A stretch of DNA of 64,000 nucleotides from Camelus ferus (Eukaryota): the NCBI RefSeq assembly GCF_009834535.1, contig NC_045697.1:98644001-98708000 (forward strand), written 5' to 3'. The translations under genes and the position numbers were made by a program. How positions within the stretch are numbered: position 1 is the first letter of the stretch; every line of letters begins with the position of its first letter. Below are positions 1 to 11,819 of the stretch, one piece after another. Under the pieces are notes generated by a model, which saw nothing but the letters and a program-made list of their open reading frames with translations, did no database searches and had not been told where the DNA came from.

Positions 1-78
1 TTTATAGTGATAGAACCTTCATTACTTTGTTTTGTTTTGACTACTCTTTGACTGATATAGTTCTGGTCTTTGACAGTG

Positions 79-400
79 CTGTGGACTGAATTGTGTCCCC
101 CCACCCCAACCCCAAACTCATATTGTGAAGCCCTAACCTCCAATATGACTATATTCGGAGATAATGTCTTCAAGAAGATAATTAAGGTGTGGAGAGAGGG
201 TATAGCTCTAGTGGTAGAGCACATGATTAGCATGCACGAGGTCCTGGGTTTAATCCCCAATGCCTCCACAATAAATAAACCTAATTACCTCCTCTCCCCC
301 CAAAAAAACCTAAAAAAAAGTTAAATGAGGTCATAAGGGTAGGGCTCTGATCCGACAGGATTGGTAGGTAGCCTTATAAGAAGAGGGAGAGAGATTTCCC
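79..400 (+). mobile_element. MaLR (MLT1-like) LTR fragment interrupted by a SINE
   Basis: TGTGGACTGAATTGTGTCCCCC...TTAAATGAGGTCATAAGGGT...CTTATAAGAAGAGG, typical of an MLT1 5' end. Confidence 0.65.
191..319 (+). mobile_element. tRNA-derived SINE (camelid Vic-1-like)
   Basis: GAGGGTATAGCTC..GTGGTAGAGC A-box region, GAGGTCCTGGGTTTAATCCCC B-box region, AAACCTAATTACC tail and A-rich end. Confidence 0.8.
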
Positions 401-420
401 TTGCCCTCATGACCACATTA

Positions 421-426
421 TGTGTG

Positions 427-477
<51 letters not shown>
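421..477. repeat. (TA)n(TG)n microsatellite
   Basis: Directly visible dinucleotide run. Confidence 0.95.
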
Positions 478-480
<3 letters not shown>

Positions 481-481
<1 letters not shown>

Positions 482-1029
482 GAAACAGAGCAGGACACTG
501 AGGGGTCCTTCCTGGTACAAATCCTTTCTGTGTCCTCCATTTCTTGTTCATAGGAAATGGGCTTCCTTCAGCCCCCTTGACGTTCCCTGAGTTCCAAAGG
601 GCAGATTCACACAGTTGCTAATCAGGGAAGGGAGGGGATGCAGAGACAAGGGAGGAGCAGTCAAGAAAGGATAATGTAGCTATTAAAGCAGGATCCTGGT
701 TCCTCCTCAAGGGATATACTTAATGATATCTTTGAGTTCTTCTGCAGCAACTAAGGCTCCCACCCAGATGGAGGATGGTTACTTCAGGCTGAGCACAGAT
801 TCCTGGACACTGCCCTGTGACATCACCACCAATCAATCAGAAAAAAGTCACACACCCTGCAGCCCTCACTCCAAATTTTGTCTATAAAAACTTTTCCCTG
901 AAAACCATTCAGGTTTTTTTGAGCACAAGCCACCTGTCCTTGCTCTGCCCTGCAATGAACCTTTCTCTGCTCCAAACTCCTTTATTTGCCCTCACTGTGC
1001 GCCAGACACATGAATTTTGTTCGGTAACA
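481..1029 (+). mobile_element. Solo ERV1-like LTR
   Basis: TG...CA termini, internal TATAAAA (883-889), degenerate poly(A) signal AATGAA, 4-bp flanks TAAA/TACA. Confidence 0.65.
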
Positions 1030-1592
1030 TACATGTGTGTGTATATACAGCTTCACTTCAGACAGCTGAAGTCAGACTTTAATAGACAAAGGAACTAGTG
1101 GAACTGCTGCGCAAACAGCAGCGCTAAGCAGAACGTCTCAATAGGAGAAAAACTACAACTTCTGTTTCTTGGCTCCTTCTCCTCAATTTATATTTTCAGT
1201 TTGCTCCAATTTTCAGAGGAAAAGAACATTCACCTGGCTCTTTATCCCACTGTTTTTTCATTGGTCTCCTGCCTTCCAGGCCCACTGACAACTGCAATCT
1301 GGTTTCCACCACCATCTCACCAACCTGCTACTATTCACATAAAGAGCAACCTTGTAATTGTCAAATCCAAAGGACCTTGACCTCTTAGGAGCACTCATCA
1401 CTGTTTCAGCCTTGTTACCTTATTTCGAAGATACTAATCTCTCACTGTTCTCCTTCTCTGACCAGGTCTCAAGTCTCCTTCCCTTCCAACCATCCTTAAA
1501 GGTGTGTGTTTCACAGGAATTTCATCCTTAACACTTTTCTTATCTTACTTAAAGGACATTTTGTGGCTGATCTCATTACCCATGGATCCAGC

Positions 1593-2203
1593 TGAGACAG
1601 GATGGAAGGGGGCGGGGCACAGCCACTCAAGGAATGACAGCAATTTAACACCAAAAGGTGAGGAAGACTCACCTCCTAGTTGGCCTTGAGAATTAAGAGG
1701 TTTGACTTCTAGGTGACCTTGAGCTTCATCATATGCTCGTTGTAACAGCGTAATCAAATAACATGCCCACAGGCGCCGTGACAGTCCCAAGGCTAACCGA
1801 AAAAGGCCAAAGAATGGGCGATGGCCTAATTCCTGGTAACCTCAGCCCTTTCCCCAGGGCAATTGGAATGGTCCCACTTGGAGGCATGTGAAGCTACTGA
1901 GACCATAAAACATGACAACACTACGCCTAGTGGACTTTTTCGCTCCCTCCTCTTTGGAGATGGCCCACACTCCGTCTAACCTGAGTACCCAATTCCCATA
2001 CCTCTTTTCTTGCCTTTCTCTTGCCTTACACTCTATGCAGTATGTATCTCTCTAAATAACTCTACCTTTACTCAATGGTGGCTCACACTTAAATTCTTCC
2101 TGTGTGAAGCCAAGGACCCACATTTGGCGGGGCACGTTCCAGGGGCTCAACCAAGACCTGGGACATGGCCCTTCTCATGCCCTACATCTGTTTTCCTGAA
2201 TCA
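1593..2203 (+). mobile_element. Solo ERV1-like (MER41-like) LTR inserted in an L2
   Basis: TG...CA termini, flanks CAGC/CAAC, 3' motif AATTCTTCCTGTGTGAAGCCAAGGACCC; L2-like sequence continues on both sides. Confidence 0.65.
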
Positions 2204-3200
2204 CAACTACTAAACTCTCTGAAATGTTTGGCCCTGACCCTGTTATGAACTCCAGGTCTTTAGTTTTATTTGCCTACAAATTGACTCCATCTGGGTGTTC
2301 CACGGGCACATCTCAATGACAGGTTCTGATCTGAACTCAGAGTCCTCCCTGAGAGAGGCATCTCCACCCAATTTCCTTATTTGCTACCATTATCTACCAA
2401 TCACCCAAGTCATACCTAGACTCTGCCCTCCCTTCCCTGACCCCCAGATTTAATCTGTCACTCAACCCTGTGGCTTCTGTCTCCTTTATAGTTCTTAAAC
2501 CTGTCTCTTTTCCACTATCACTGCCCCAATTTGTTTGGGAGGTAGTGTTGAGGGAGGGAGAGGGACGTGCATCAGCATCACCTGGTTTGTTTTAAACAAG
2601 CATGCCTACCAGCCCCTCCCCCGAGATTCTGAACCAGCAGGTACCCTTCTTCACTGGCACTGTTCTTATTCTTCCCCCACCTCCCATCCACTCTCCACAC
2701 TGCTGACAGGTGATCTTTCCAACCTGTCTTTCAGAGGTTCCCCAGAACCTTCAGGATAAAGTGCAAACTCCTTTGAAAACCCTTGATGCTTTGGTTCTTG
2801 CCCACAGCTTCTGCCTCATTTCTGCCACTTCTTTATGGGCACCCTGTACTCTAGCCTTATCAAAGTGTGGTACTTGTACTTGCTGTTCCCGGAACATCCC
2901 TCCTCTCCTTCCCTTTCTGTTCTCAGTGGATCTCCCCTGTCAGCCCTTTCTGCCTGGAAGTCACCTTGTTCAAAAAGCCTCTCCTGACTTCTCCCAGCAA
3001 TTAACTACTTCCTCTTCTGTGTTTCCACAGTACCTTGTTCATGTCATGATACTGTATTTATTACTAGATAATTATAAATATTTTGTTTATGCAATGTCTC
3101 ATCCACTTAACTGTGAGCAGACTTTGTTCAGCTCACTTTTGTATGCCCTAACACAGAGACTGCCACATACTATGTACTCAACAAATGCTTACTGAATACA
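2204..3200 (+). mobile_element. L2 LINE remnant (also about 1250-1592)
   Basis: Degenerate pyrimidine-rich L2 motifs ending in TACTCAACAAATGCTTACTGAATA, resembling the L2 3' tail. Confidence 0.55.
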
Positions 3201-4607
3201 TTTTTGAAGTGAATAAAGCTTTTATATTTTTCTGATAGCTTAAGGTGTACAGTATTTAACATACAACAAAAATAATACTATTGAGCTACTTTCAGGACAG
3301 CACGTTCTTCGAATCCTTTTTAATAATGACAGTCTATATTTGAACAGTACTTTTCATTTTTCAAAGCACTTTTCTTCCAATACTTCGTTATGAATTTCTC
3401 CAAAGACATGGAAAAGAGAAAGAATTGTAAGTGAACTCACATATAGATTGTAATTCAACATTTTGCTATATTTAGAAAACACTTTTTATGGATTAATTTT
3501 ATCATCACCTTTGACTTCACCTAATGACTAAGGTATGATTCTATCCGTTATTATAGATAAGGAAACTGAAACTAAGAGACTTAGTAATTTGCCAAGGAGC
3601 TTGTCTCCCAGGAGTTATGATCAGTTTGTGCCAGTTGACGTAGCCACACCCTCTGGCTGTTAGATCTGAGCCCAGGTCTGAAAAATGTTTTGAATATCCT
3701 TGGTAGTGAAAAGCTTCCAACTCCACAAGACAGGAGTATCAGCAAAATCATGGGAAAACCAACAAGAAAACATTTCTAACTTGTAAGTCATTCAGAGAGG
3801 AATCTTGTCTTGAGTATCCTTCCCCCTCACTCCGCTTCCATCCTTGGTTAGTCATCACTTCCTGCCCAGTCTATCTGAGATATTTCTTCCATTCATTCTT
3901 TTCCAGTACCAGATGCAGGTCTAGAATATCTCTCATATCATTTGGTCTACTGTCTCCTGCCTTTTCGGTGATACATGACCACCAGTTAAAACACAGCCCT
4001 AAGTCACATCCTTGCCCAGCTCACAAAACATGAACAGTTCACCATTTCCTACCAAATTAGGTCTAGTGTGATCTCTGCCTTCCGCAGTATAACCTATCCG
4101 AGCATCTGTCTTCTTACTCCTTAGCTTCCATTCTACAGAACTAAGAGTTGTTTCCGCAAATACACCCAGGGCTTTCTTATTTTTTTCATGTATAAAACTC
4201 ACCACCACCACTCCCCCTCCTAAATTCCGCAAGTGTAAATCCTAGGCCTCCAAGTAATGGCCCAACGCAAATGCCAATTCTTCTAATACACCTCCTAGAA
4301 ACCCCAGGCCTGTTACGACCTTTATCGCCAAACTGAGGCACCCCATGGCAATAATCTCAATCTACTTGTAGAGCTGTAAGGTCTGATTTCTATCACTACC
4401 TTTGGCTCCCATGGCCTGAGTATAACATCCTTGAGGAAAGGGACGTGTTCCTAGCCAGCATCGCCCTCACACACAGTCCCAGCTTCATCGTGCTTAATTT
4501 CGTTTAACGCAATACATCCAGCCGAAAGGGCCGGACGCGGACGCCCGTTGCCGGATTCACACGTACACTCACAAGCACATTCAAATCCTGTCTTGCCCTG
4601 GGACACA

Positions 4608-4613
4608 CACGTG
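4608..4613. promoter_or_regulatory. Canonical E-box (CACGTG) upstream of NOCT
   Basis: CACGTG about 540 nt upstream of the ATG. NOCT is a known CLOCK/BMAL1 output gene. A second CACGTG lies at 5946-5951. Confidence 0.6.
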
Positions 4614-5151
4614 TCCTCTGGCCAGAGCCCTGGAACTGTCTTGAGAGGCCCAGCCTGTGGGCGTTTCCATTCCAGCCAGCGGAAGGGGAGGCTCATTTCT
4701 TTAAAACCGCTCCAAGGGATACATGTTACTTGGAACCTCCCACGGCCTCCACCCTACGAGCAGCTTAAGCTCTGCTTCCTCTCAGAGCAGTATCACACCG
4801 GTTCTGGGAGTCCCAGCCTGGTCGCGCCGGGCTCGGGTTCCGCGGATCCCCCTCCCGATAGCGCTTGGTAGCACCCGCTTTGTCAGTGCGCTGCGCTCGC
4901 GGGTTACCCTCCGGCTCTCGCCGGCCGGCGGCAGACAGCTAGTCAGCGGCCGCAGCTGCCGCCGCTCCAGCCTCTTCATCTCTGGCTCGCCTGCTCAGGA
5001 CTCTCCCCCGGGCCGCCGCTGGGCGAGAAGGAGCCCGGGAGCCGCCGTCTGGACGGGCTTGAGAGTCTGCTCGGCTCGCCCGCCTCGCCCGGGCCCCGCG
5101 GGTCGGTCGGGCGCGCGAGGGGCCGCGGCGGTTGTGGCGGCGGCGCCCGGC

Positions 5152-5341
5152 ATGTATCAGAGCCCGCGGCGGCTCTGCTCCGCCCTGCTGCAGAGGGACG
5201 CGCCCGGCCTGTGTCGCCCGCCCGGCCCGCGGCCGCGCCTTCGCTCGCCCCCGCCCGCGACCGCCCCCCGGCCCGCGTCCCCCCGGCTACTGGCGGCGGC
5301 CTCAGCGGCCCGCGGCGTCGCGAGGTGCTGCTTCCGAACAG
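5152..5341 (+). CDS. NOCT: Nocturnin coding exon 1 (Arg/Pro/Ala-rich N-terminal mitochondrial targeting region)
   Basis: ATG at 5152 gives MYQSPRRLCSALLQRDAPGL..., matching the mammalian nocturnin N-terminus. Ends at donor CAG|GTGAGT (GT 5342). 190 nt, phase 1. Confidence 0.95.
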
Positions 5342-8300
5342 GTGAGTGCCCGGCGGTTCTGGGCGGAGAACGCGGTTGCGGCCAACGTTTGGCCGCCACC
5401 TGGAGACGGCGCGGAATGAATGAGAAGCCGGGGGCTGCCGGGCGGTGGGGTCGGGCCGGGGAGCGGGTCCCCTGGTCCCCGAGCCGCCGTCTCCGCTCCC
5501 CTTTACCTCTCTGCCCTCGCCCGCCCTGGCCTGGGGCTTGAACCGCGTCTGGTAAGGACTGGAACCCGGTGGTAGCTTCCCGTTTGATCCTCGAATGCAG
5601 TGCTTTCAATGTCTCTCGCTCTTGACCTGTGTTGAATTTCCCCCTTCCGAGGCCGGGAATTATTTGTGTTGGTTTTATTTCTTATTGCGCTAATGATGGA
5701 AAATCTATGAAAAAATCCAAAGTTACATTTATCTGAACATGGGGCTCTTATGGCTTAGATATTCTGAATTCCTTAAAAATGTCGTATTACCAATGTATTA
5801 TAATGAGCATTGACTCTTTTTACATTGATTTGAAATTTTGGGGAGCCTTCCACTCTTAATATTTGTGTCATTGAGCCCTGTATACCTGGGGTTAAGATCT
5901 TGTAAAGGTGATGCCATCCGTTTGCCAAGAGCCAATTTTATACCTCACGTGCGCTGGACTTTCCCTTTTTTGCCATCTCGGTTTCTGCTGGCGGACCCAT
6001 TACTGCCGCCACCATTTACAGACAAATTAGTCATGCTTTTAAAATGAGGAGTAAAACTTCTCTTTCAAAACTTGTAATTCATCACACTAAAAATTGTGTT
6101 TCGGTTGTGCTCAAGTTAGGTTATTGGTGTTTAGGACATCTGTATGAGCACCTTAGGTTATAAATAACTACGGTTTGCTCCAAAAGTTTTGGATTAACTT
6201 AAGGAAAGATTGAGCAGTAGAGAGAGTGCGTGCAATGTGGCTTTTTTAATTCATGAAAGTGATAATCCAAAATGTGATTGAAGCCAAGACTTTACTTAGA
6301 TTATTGACAGATGTTTAGGTTGAGATACACTTCCAAGATTAGGATGTTTAAACTGGTTACTGGGAGACTATATTCTTTAAAAGGATGAACTTGACATTCA
6401 CATTGAGATTTTCTTTCCAGTTCCAGAGGAATTTGGCACATTGTGAAATAACTTAGGATAGGTACCATCTAATAGCTGTTAGTGTTTTTTCTTGCTGGAA
6501 ACTTTCAAGAGGAACGTTGTTAGGTTAGAAGTGGGAGAAGTAAAAAGAAAACTAGCTGCTGTCTCCCGAAGCATATCTCATTATCTTAACCTCTTACTCT
6601 AAATTCCCTCCAGGTCTTTCAGAGGCAATAGGTTAGTCAGTAGGTTCATCCTGGGGACAGATAGCTTGTGTAATACAGATACAGATAGCTCTAATGTTAG
6701 CTGAGGAAACAGGTCAGATAGAACATTTTAAATCTTAGGCTTCTGACACAAAGTTTAGTGAACTTTCTAAAAGTCTCCTGAAATCCCCTAGTTTTATAAA
6801 GAAATTGCAAAAATTGATGGTCCAACCACTGTGGACAGTTAGTACAACATTTAGGCAGTTTTCTGGTTTCATGCAGTTTTCACTGCAGCTACTTGTTGGA
6901 AGAAACTCATGAATAAATTCATTTGCCTGATCATTCATTCAAAAAGTCTTTACAGGATGTCTCATTCTGTAGGTGCTTTATTATAGGAGGCAAAAGAATG
7001 AGACTTAGTCTGCCTCTAAGGAGTTTGGTGCCCAGTAAGAGATGAAAGAAATGACTATTTAATGAAATCAAACACCTTTCATTCTCTTACAATTAAAGGT
7101 TTGCAAATAGCACAAAGGTGCTGGAGGACAGGAATTCCCTTTCTGCAATGGTGATCTTTTTAGGCTTCAAAAGTGGCTGGCGTTTGAGCTGGGCCTTGAA
7201 AGAGATTAAAACATTTCTTCACTTGGGAAAAGCCAAGAACCAACTGGAAAGCAAGAGGCATGGAGGTGGCAGGGTGAGAGAAGAGGTACCTTGAAATTGA
7301 TTTCCCAAAGAGCCTCAGAACCAGCTTTAGGTGCTTTAAAAAAATCCAGATTCATAAATCCTACTGTAGAATTTTTGAAATTACACATTTCTTAACAAAA
7401 TAACAATAATAAAGTCCAGATTATTATATGCCCCATGTAAGTTTAGACATCTGGCTAGAGAAGCCTTCAGGGAGCTGAAAGCTACTCTACCCTCCAGAGT
7501 CTTTTGGGGGAGGGTTTGGTAGTAAATCCTAACACTTGACTCCATTGGATAATCAATTCCTAATTTATGCCCCTTGGCAATCAGAAGTCACTGGGAAAGA
7601 TGAGTACAGCCCCTTGGCAGTTATCAAATACTAGGTTATTAGAATTTAAAGGGGACCTTGGAGATGATCTCAGTATTTGGATAGCTTTTCAAAGGGAAGG
7701 ACAGCAGCCCCCATAAAGAAGCAGCAGTTGTACTGGGTGAGATGTGGTCGGGAGTCATCCGTGGGTTTATAAACGCCTTCTTCCAGATCCTTCCTCAGAA
7801 AGTAAAAATTTGGCTGAATTACTGTTCACTACTGGAACATGTTACTTTTTTTCTTGGTACAATTTTACAAGCAAGTACCAGCTCATTTGAAGAGGCGGCT
7901 GTATTTAGTATGTCCCTTAACAACATGAGTAAGCTGCTTATGAGAAGAAATGGAAAAGCTTGTAATTACCAAGCTTCTACTGAAATACACTGCTTTCTTT
8001 GTAGGAGAACTAAGGTATCATTTTGCTGTAGCATCCAACTGTAAGAGTAAATAGAATTATTGGGGGCTTTTGAATTAATAATCATGGCTCCAGAGTCACA
8101 TTCAACACACTTATATGAACATTTGCAAATCATTTAACCTTGCTTACTGGACTTTACCTAGAAAAAATAAGGTAAATTGGTATCAATTGATCCCACAAGT
8201 TTTACTGAACACAGTTCATTTAAAAGGTCCAGATACTACATTGCATCTCCTGACTAATTGCTGTGGAAGTTGAGAAGAAAGAAATCAGTGTGGCTGACTT

Positions 8301-9301
8301 TGTGGGGAAAAACTTTTCTTTGAATAGGACAAGTAGGTCAGGGAGAGGAGACCATGTGCCTGAAAGATGGCAGATAGGGGAGCAGTGATGAACTGTTGGG
8401 AAAGGGGTACTTCCAGAATCATCTGGGATGCTTTTTAAGATGCGCATTTCTGGTCTTTGGCCTATCTGTTTAAATCAGGTTTTCCTGAAGGGAATCCTGG
8501 TTAAGTTGTATATTTAACAAGTGTCCCAGATGATTCTTTCTGAAAAGCCTAGGGACTAGTTTATAAATCTCCACTCCTCCTTTCCAGAGGTGCTTATTCC
8601 TGGAAAGTTCTGGAAGCTCAGAGGATTCTGGAAGAGTGTTAAGATCTTTGAGCTTGGGGGCCTAAGACAATTCAGGAGACCCCTGAGCAAGAACATTTAC
8701 CTCAACAAAAGCGAACTTCAAGGAAAGGAAATGATTGGTTTGTGAAAGTGGGACAAAACTTGGCACTGACATAGTGATGGGAGTGGATCCGTGTAGCTGT
8801 CTCCCTTTTAGAGTGGGTAGGTGATTGCACGTCAGTTCCTGTGCTGTTCGCTAAAAAAGAGGTGAAGAGGGTATATTCTGGCTCTTGGAAAGAGGAGGAA
8901 GGGAGGCTCGCAGCATATATATTTAAGGAGTCACTCTAATCAGGATTTATAGGACCTTGATAACCACTTGGATGGTCCTCACACTTGAATACTTAGAAAT
9001 TTGAAGGATGGTGTGCATGGGTATTTGACTGCATAGTAAACCCACTTGTATTTTTGAAAAGCAACTATAAAATATTTTGGGTTTCTTGGAATATAAATCC
9101 TTATAAGGGGGCATCAGCCTTCCCACAGGAAGATGTAAGACCACAAGCAAAAATCTTAGCTGCCCTCTTGTTTCTACTTGGTTACAAAACAGCACCTGAA
9201 ACATAAGTTACCCTGAGTTCAGTGTCAGATGTGGGGGTGTGCCCAGGGAAAGTGGGCTAAAGAAAATTATTCCTGTTAGATTTGAATGACCCTGTGAAAT
9301 G

Positions 9302-9431
9302 CAGTCATCCTCCCAACCAACCCTGTCTGTGAAAACCATGGACTGACTACATCCTTATATATGAGGGACTTCTGGCATCTGTGGGGAGGGGTCCTGGAAC
9401 CAATCCCCCTCAGATAACTTAGGGATGACTG
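9302..9431. mobile_element. Internally deleted Tigger/MER2-type DNA transposon
   Basis: TIRs CAGTCATCC...GGATGACTG; GTCCTGGAACCAATCCCCC motif shared with 37312-37617. Confidence 0.65.
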
Positions 9432-11539
9432 TTTCTCCCAACACTATTAAAAAGACTGGGCCCCACTTGGATCTTCTGAATTTTAGCTTGTGCTAGTGGG
9501 CCCTGAGCAGCTGGTTCTGATTTGTAGCCCGGGCAGAGGAGAGGAGGCTTGTTTTTACTAAGTGCTTGGAAGCCTCTCAGAATTTTCTTAGGTGTTAATT
9601 CTCCTGCCCCCTGAAGTTAGACTGCTATTGGATTATGAGAGATTGAAAGGAAAATTTATGATAGAGAGGAAAGTTTTTTAAAACCATCTTAATTTCCTGC
9701 TCAGAATTGGAGTAGTATGAGTACAAAGTTACATGCAGCTAAAATCCCAGTACAGAAAAGCTGCAGTATGATGTCCCGCCGAGCCCTAGTCTTGTGCATA
9801 GTCTCCCTTCCCTTCCCCACCCTTTCCCCCAACTCTGAGCTTCCAGGACTGGGGCAGGTCCATTTGCCATCTGCAAACCAGCTTGGGACTCAGTACCTCA
9901 CCCAGTACAGGAACAAGAAAATTACTTTGCAGATTCTCATACCTTGGATATGATAGTTCTATTTCCATTATGCTTGGCTTCCATGGATAATAACCGTCAC
10001 TGAGGGACTTGCTCAGGAAGATGTTTTTTCAAATTTTATAGTTCAGATAGGTTGGCTGAGATGTATTCCAGAATTAATTTCTCAAATAGTTAATTCTGAG
10101 TTTTGTTTGGAAAATTTTCATGTTAGTGTTTTAAAATAATTTTTCTTAATTGCAGAAGTAACACATGCCCGTTAATAAAAATATTTTTCCTCAGAACTTA
10201 AATTTCTTTGTGAGTAGTTATTGTCTCTGTAGGGTTATAGGATTTTTCTTATCCTTGGTGTTCAAAAGTTCTGTCAGGATAAACGGTCTCATCGTCAGGT
10301 GAGCCCAGTCAAAGACATACCATCCTTTAGCACAGGAAAGATTTCTGTTATTTCTTGGATTATTTTATCCACTGTGTCATCTCCTGTTGTCACGTTGTTT
10401 AAACTCCCGTTAGACTGTTGGCCGTGTGGATCTGTTCCGTGGTTCGTGAAGTTTTCCGAATATTTCTATTTTGCGGTCGTTTACAGTTGCTGGACTTTAT
10501 CTAGTTCTCCGCTTCTTTTTTCATAGAAGCGTACTCTCATTTTTGTGTCCATAATATCCTGCTATAGCTGCATGCGCGTCTCCCTCATGCGGCTCCTCCA
10601 GGGTAGAGCAGTTTCGCGCCTCTTGAAGTGGGCGGGCGAGGTGGGCGGGGCGCGGGGCGGGGGCAGCCAGGCTTCCTGCGGAGCGTCCAAGGGGGCAGGC
10701 TGGACACCTTCCCCTTTGCCCGAGCGAGGCAGGCTTCCTTCTGTATACAACGCTTAGTCCCCCACCCCCAACCGCTCTTTAAATATCCCTGAGTCCAGAG
10801 TTAGCTCCTGGTCTGCTGCTTTCTTTCCGGACCAACACCCCTGGGAGCCCTTCCAAGGCTTGTCGCCCATTCCCTGAAGGATCCTCTGGTTCCATCCCAC
10901 GGGCAGAAGCCACCCATGCCAGCTTCGGTCTGTGTGGGAAGGGAGGTGGCGGAACTAGTGCAGCTGTTTCAAAGGCCATTTTTGAAAGAAATACCCCACT
11001 AGTTGCCCCTCAGCCTCTCCTGCCCTTTGTCTTTGTGGACTCAGAGCTCCCTTGGGAAGAACCATATTTAATTTACCTTTAGTTGCTGGTACTCTTTTTT
11101 CCTCCACTCTGGCTTCTCTCTTAATTGAAACCTGTCTCTGTCTTGCTGGAATTTTTGACCCATTGATGGCATTCTTTTCGTATTTTACATACTGTTTTCA
11201 TCTTTAAAAAAATTTGAATACGTGTACTTTATTCCTGGAAGTTCTTAGGCAGAGTAATGTTCCGCTTCATCCCCGATGAGCTGTGACCTGTTGCGATTGT
11301 ATGCAACATATCAATTCCCATTTTAAAAAATGAGCCATTGGACTACAGATGTTTAAACCCCAGACAGTTTCACTTCAGATTTTTAAAGATGATTCTATTC
11401 CTGCATGTGCCTTAATTATTCAAGCAAGGCTACCGAAATTTATATATGAAAATTGTTTTTCCCTGTTTTAAATGACTGAATCGTTCATTGGTTATGTGAA
11501 GTATGTACAAACTACAACTCATTTAAGTATAATCTAGTG

Positions 11540-11819
11540 CAGGAGTCTGCAAACTTTCTCTTTAAAGAGCCAGCTAGTAAATATTTTAGGCGTTATAGGC
11601 CAAATAACTGTTACCATTATTCAGCTCTGCTGCTGTAGTGTGGAAGCAGCCATAGACAATACATAAACCTTATCGATAGACATTGAAATTTGAATTTAAT
11701 ATTTTTTCACTTGTCATGAAATATGACTTTTTTTCCAACCATTTAAAAATGTGAAAGATCACAAGCAGCACAAATACAGGGCACCAGCCAGAATGGCTCA
11801 CGGGATTGCGGATCCCCAG
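11540..11819. mobile_element. hAT-Charlie MITE (MER58-like)
   Basis: CAGGAGTCTGCAAACTTT...GCAGCCATAGACAATAC; TCTAG-containing flanks typical of hAT target sites. Confidence 0.7.

Larger units (their letters stand above)
4500..5660 (+). promoter_or_regulatory. NOCT: CpG island / NOCT promoter and first exon
   Basis: Very high GC and CpG density surrounding the NOCT start codon; boundaries approximate. Confidence 0.9.

Noticed and set aside
191..270. tRNA-like sequences here and in the other SINE heads
   Set aside because: SINE heads with degenerate A/B boxes and tails or TSDs; not cloverleaf tRNA genes.
4723..5541. 272-aa ORF extending NOCT 143 codons upstream of Met1
   Set aside because: Long stop-free frames are expected in CpG islands. 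The upstream ATG is probably 5' of the TSS, the extension resembles no known protein, and the 3' part runs into intron 1.
4782..5609. Antisense and alternative-frame ORFs over the NOCT CpG island
   Set aside because: Low-complexity Arg/Gly/Pro/Ala products of GC-rich DNA.
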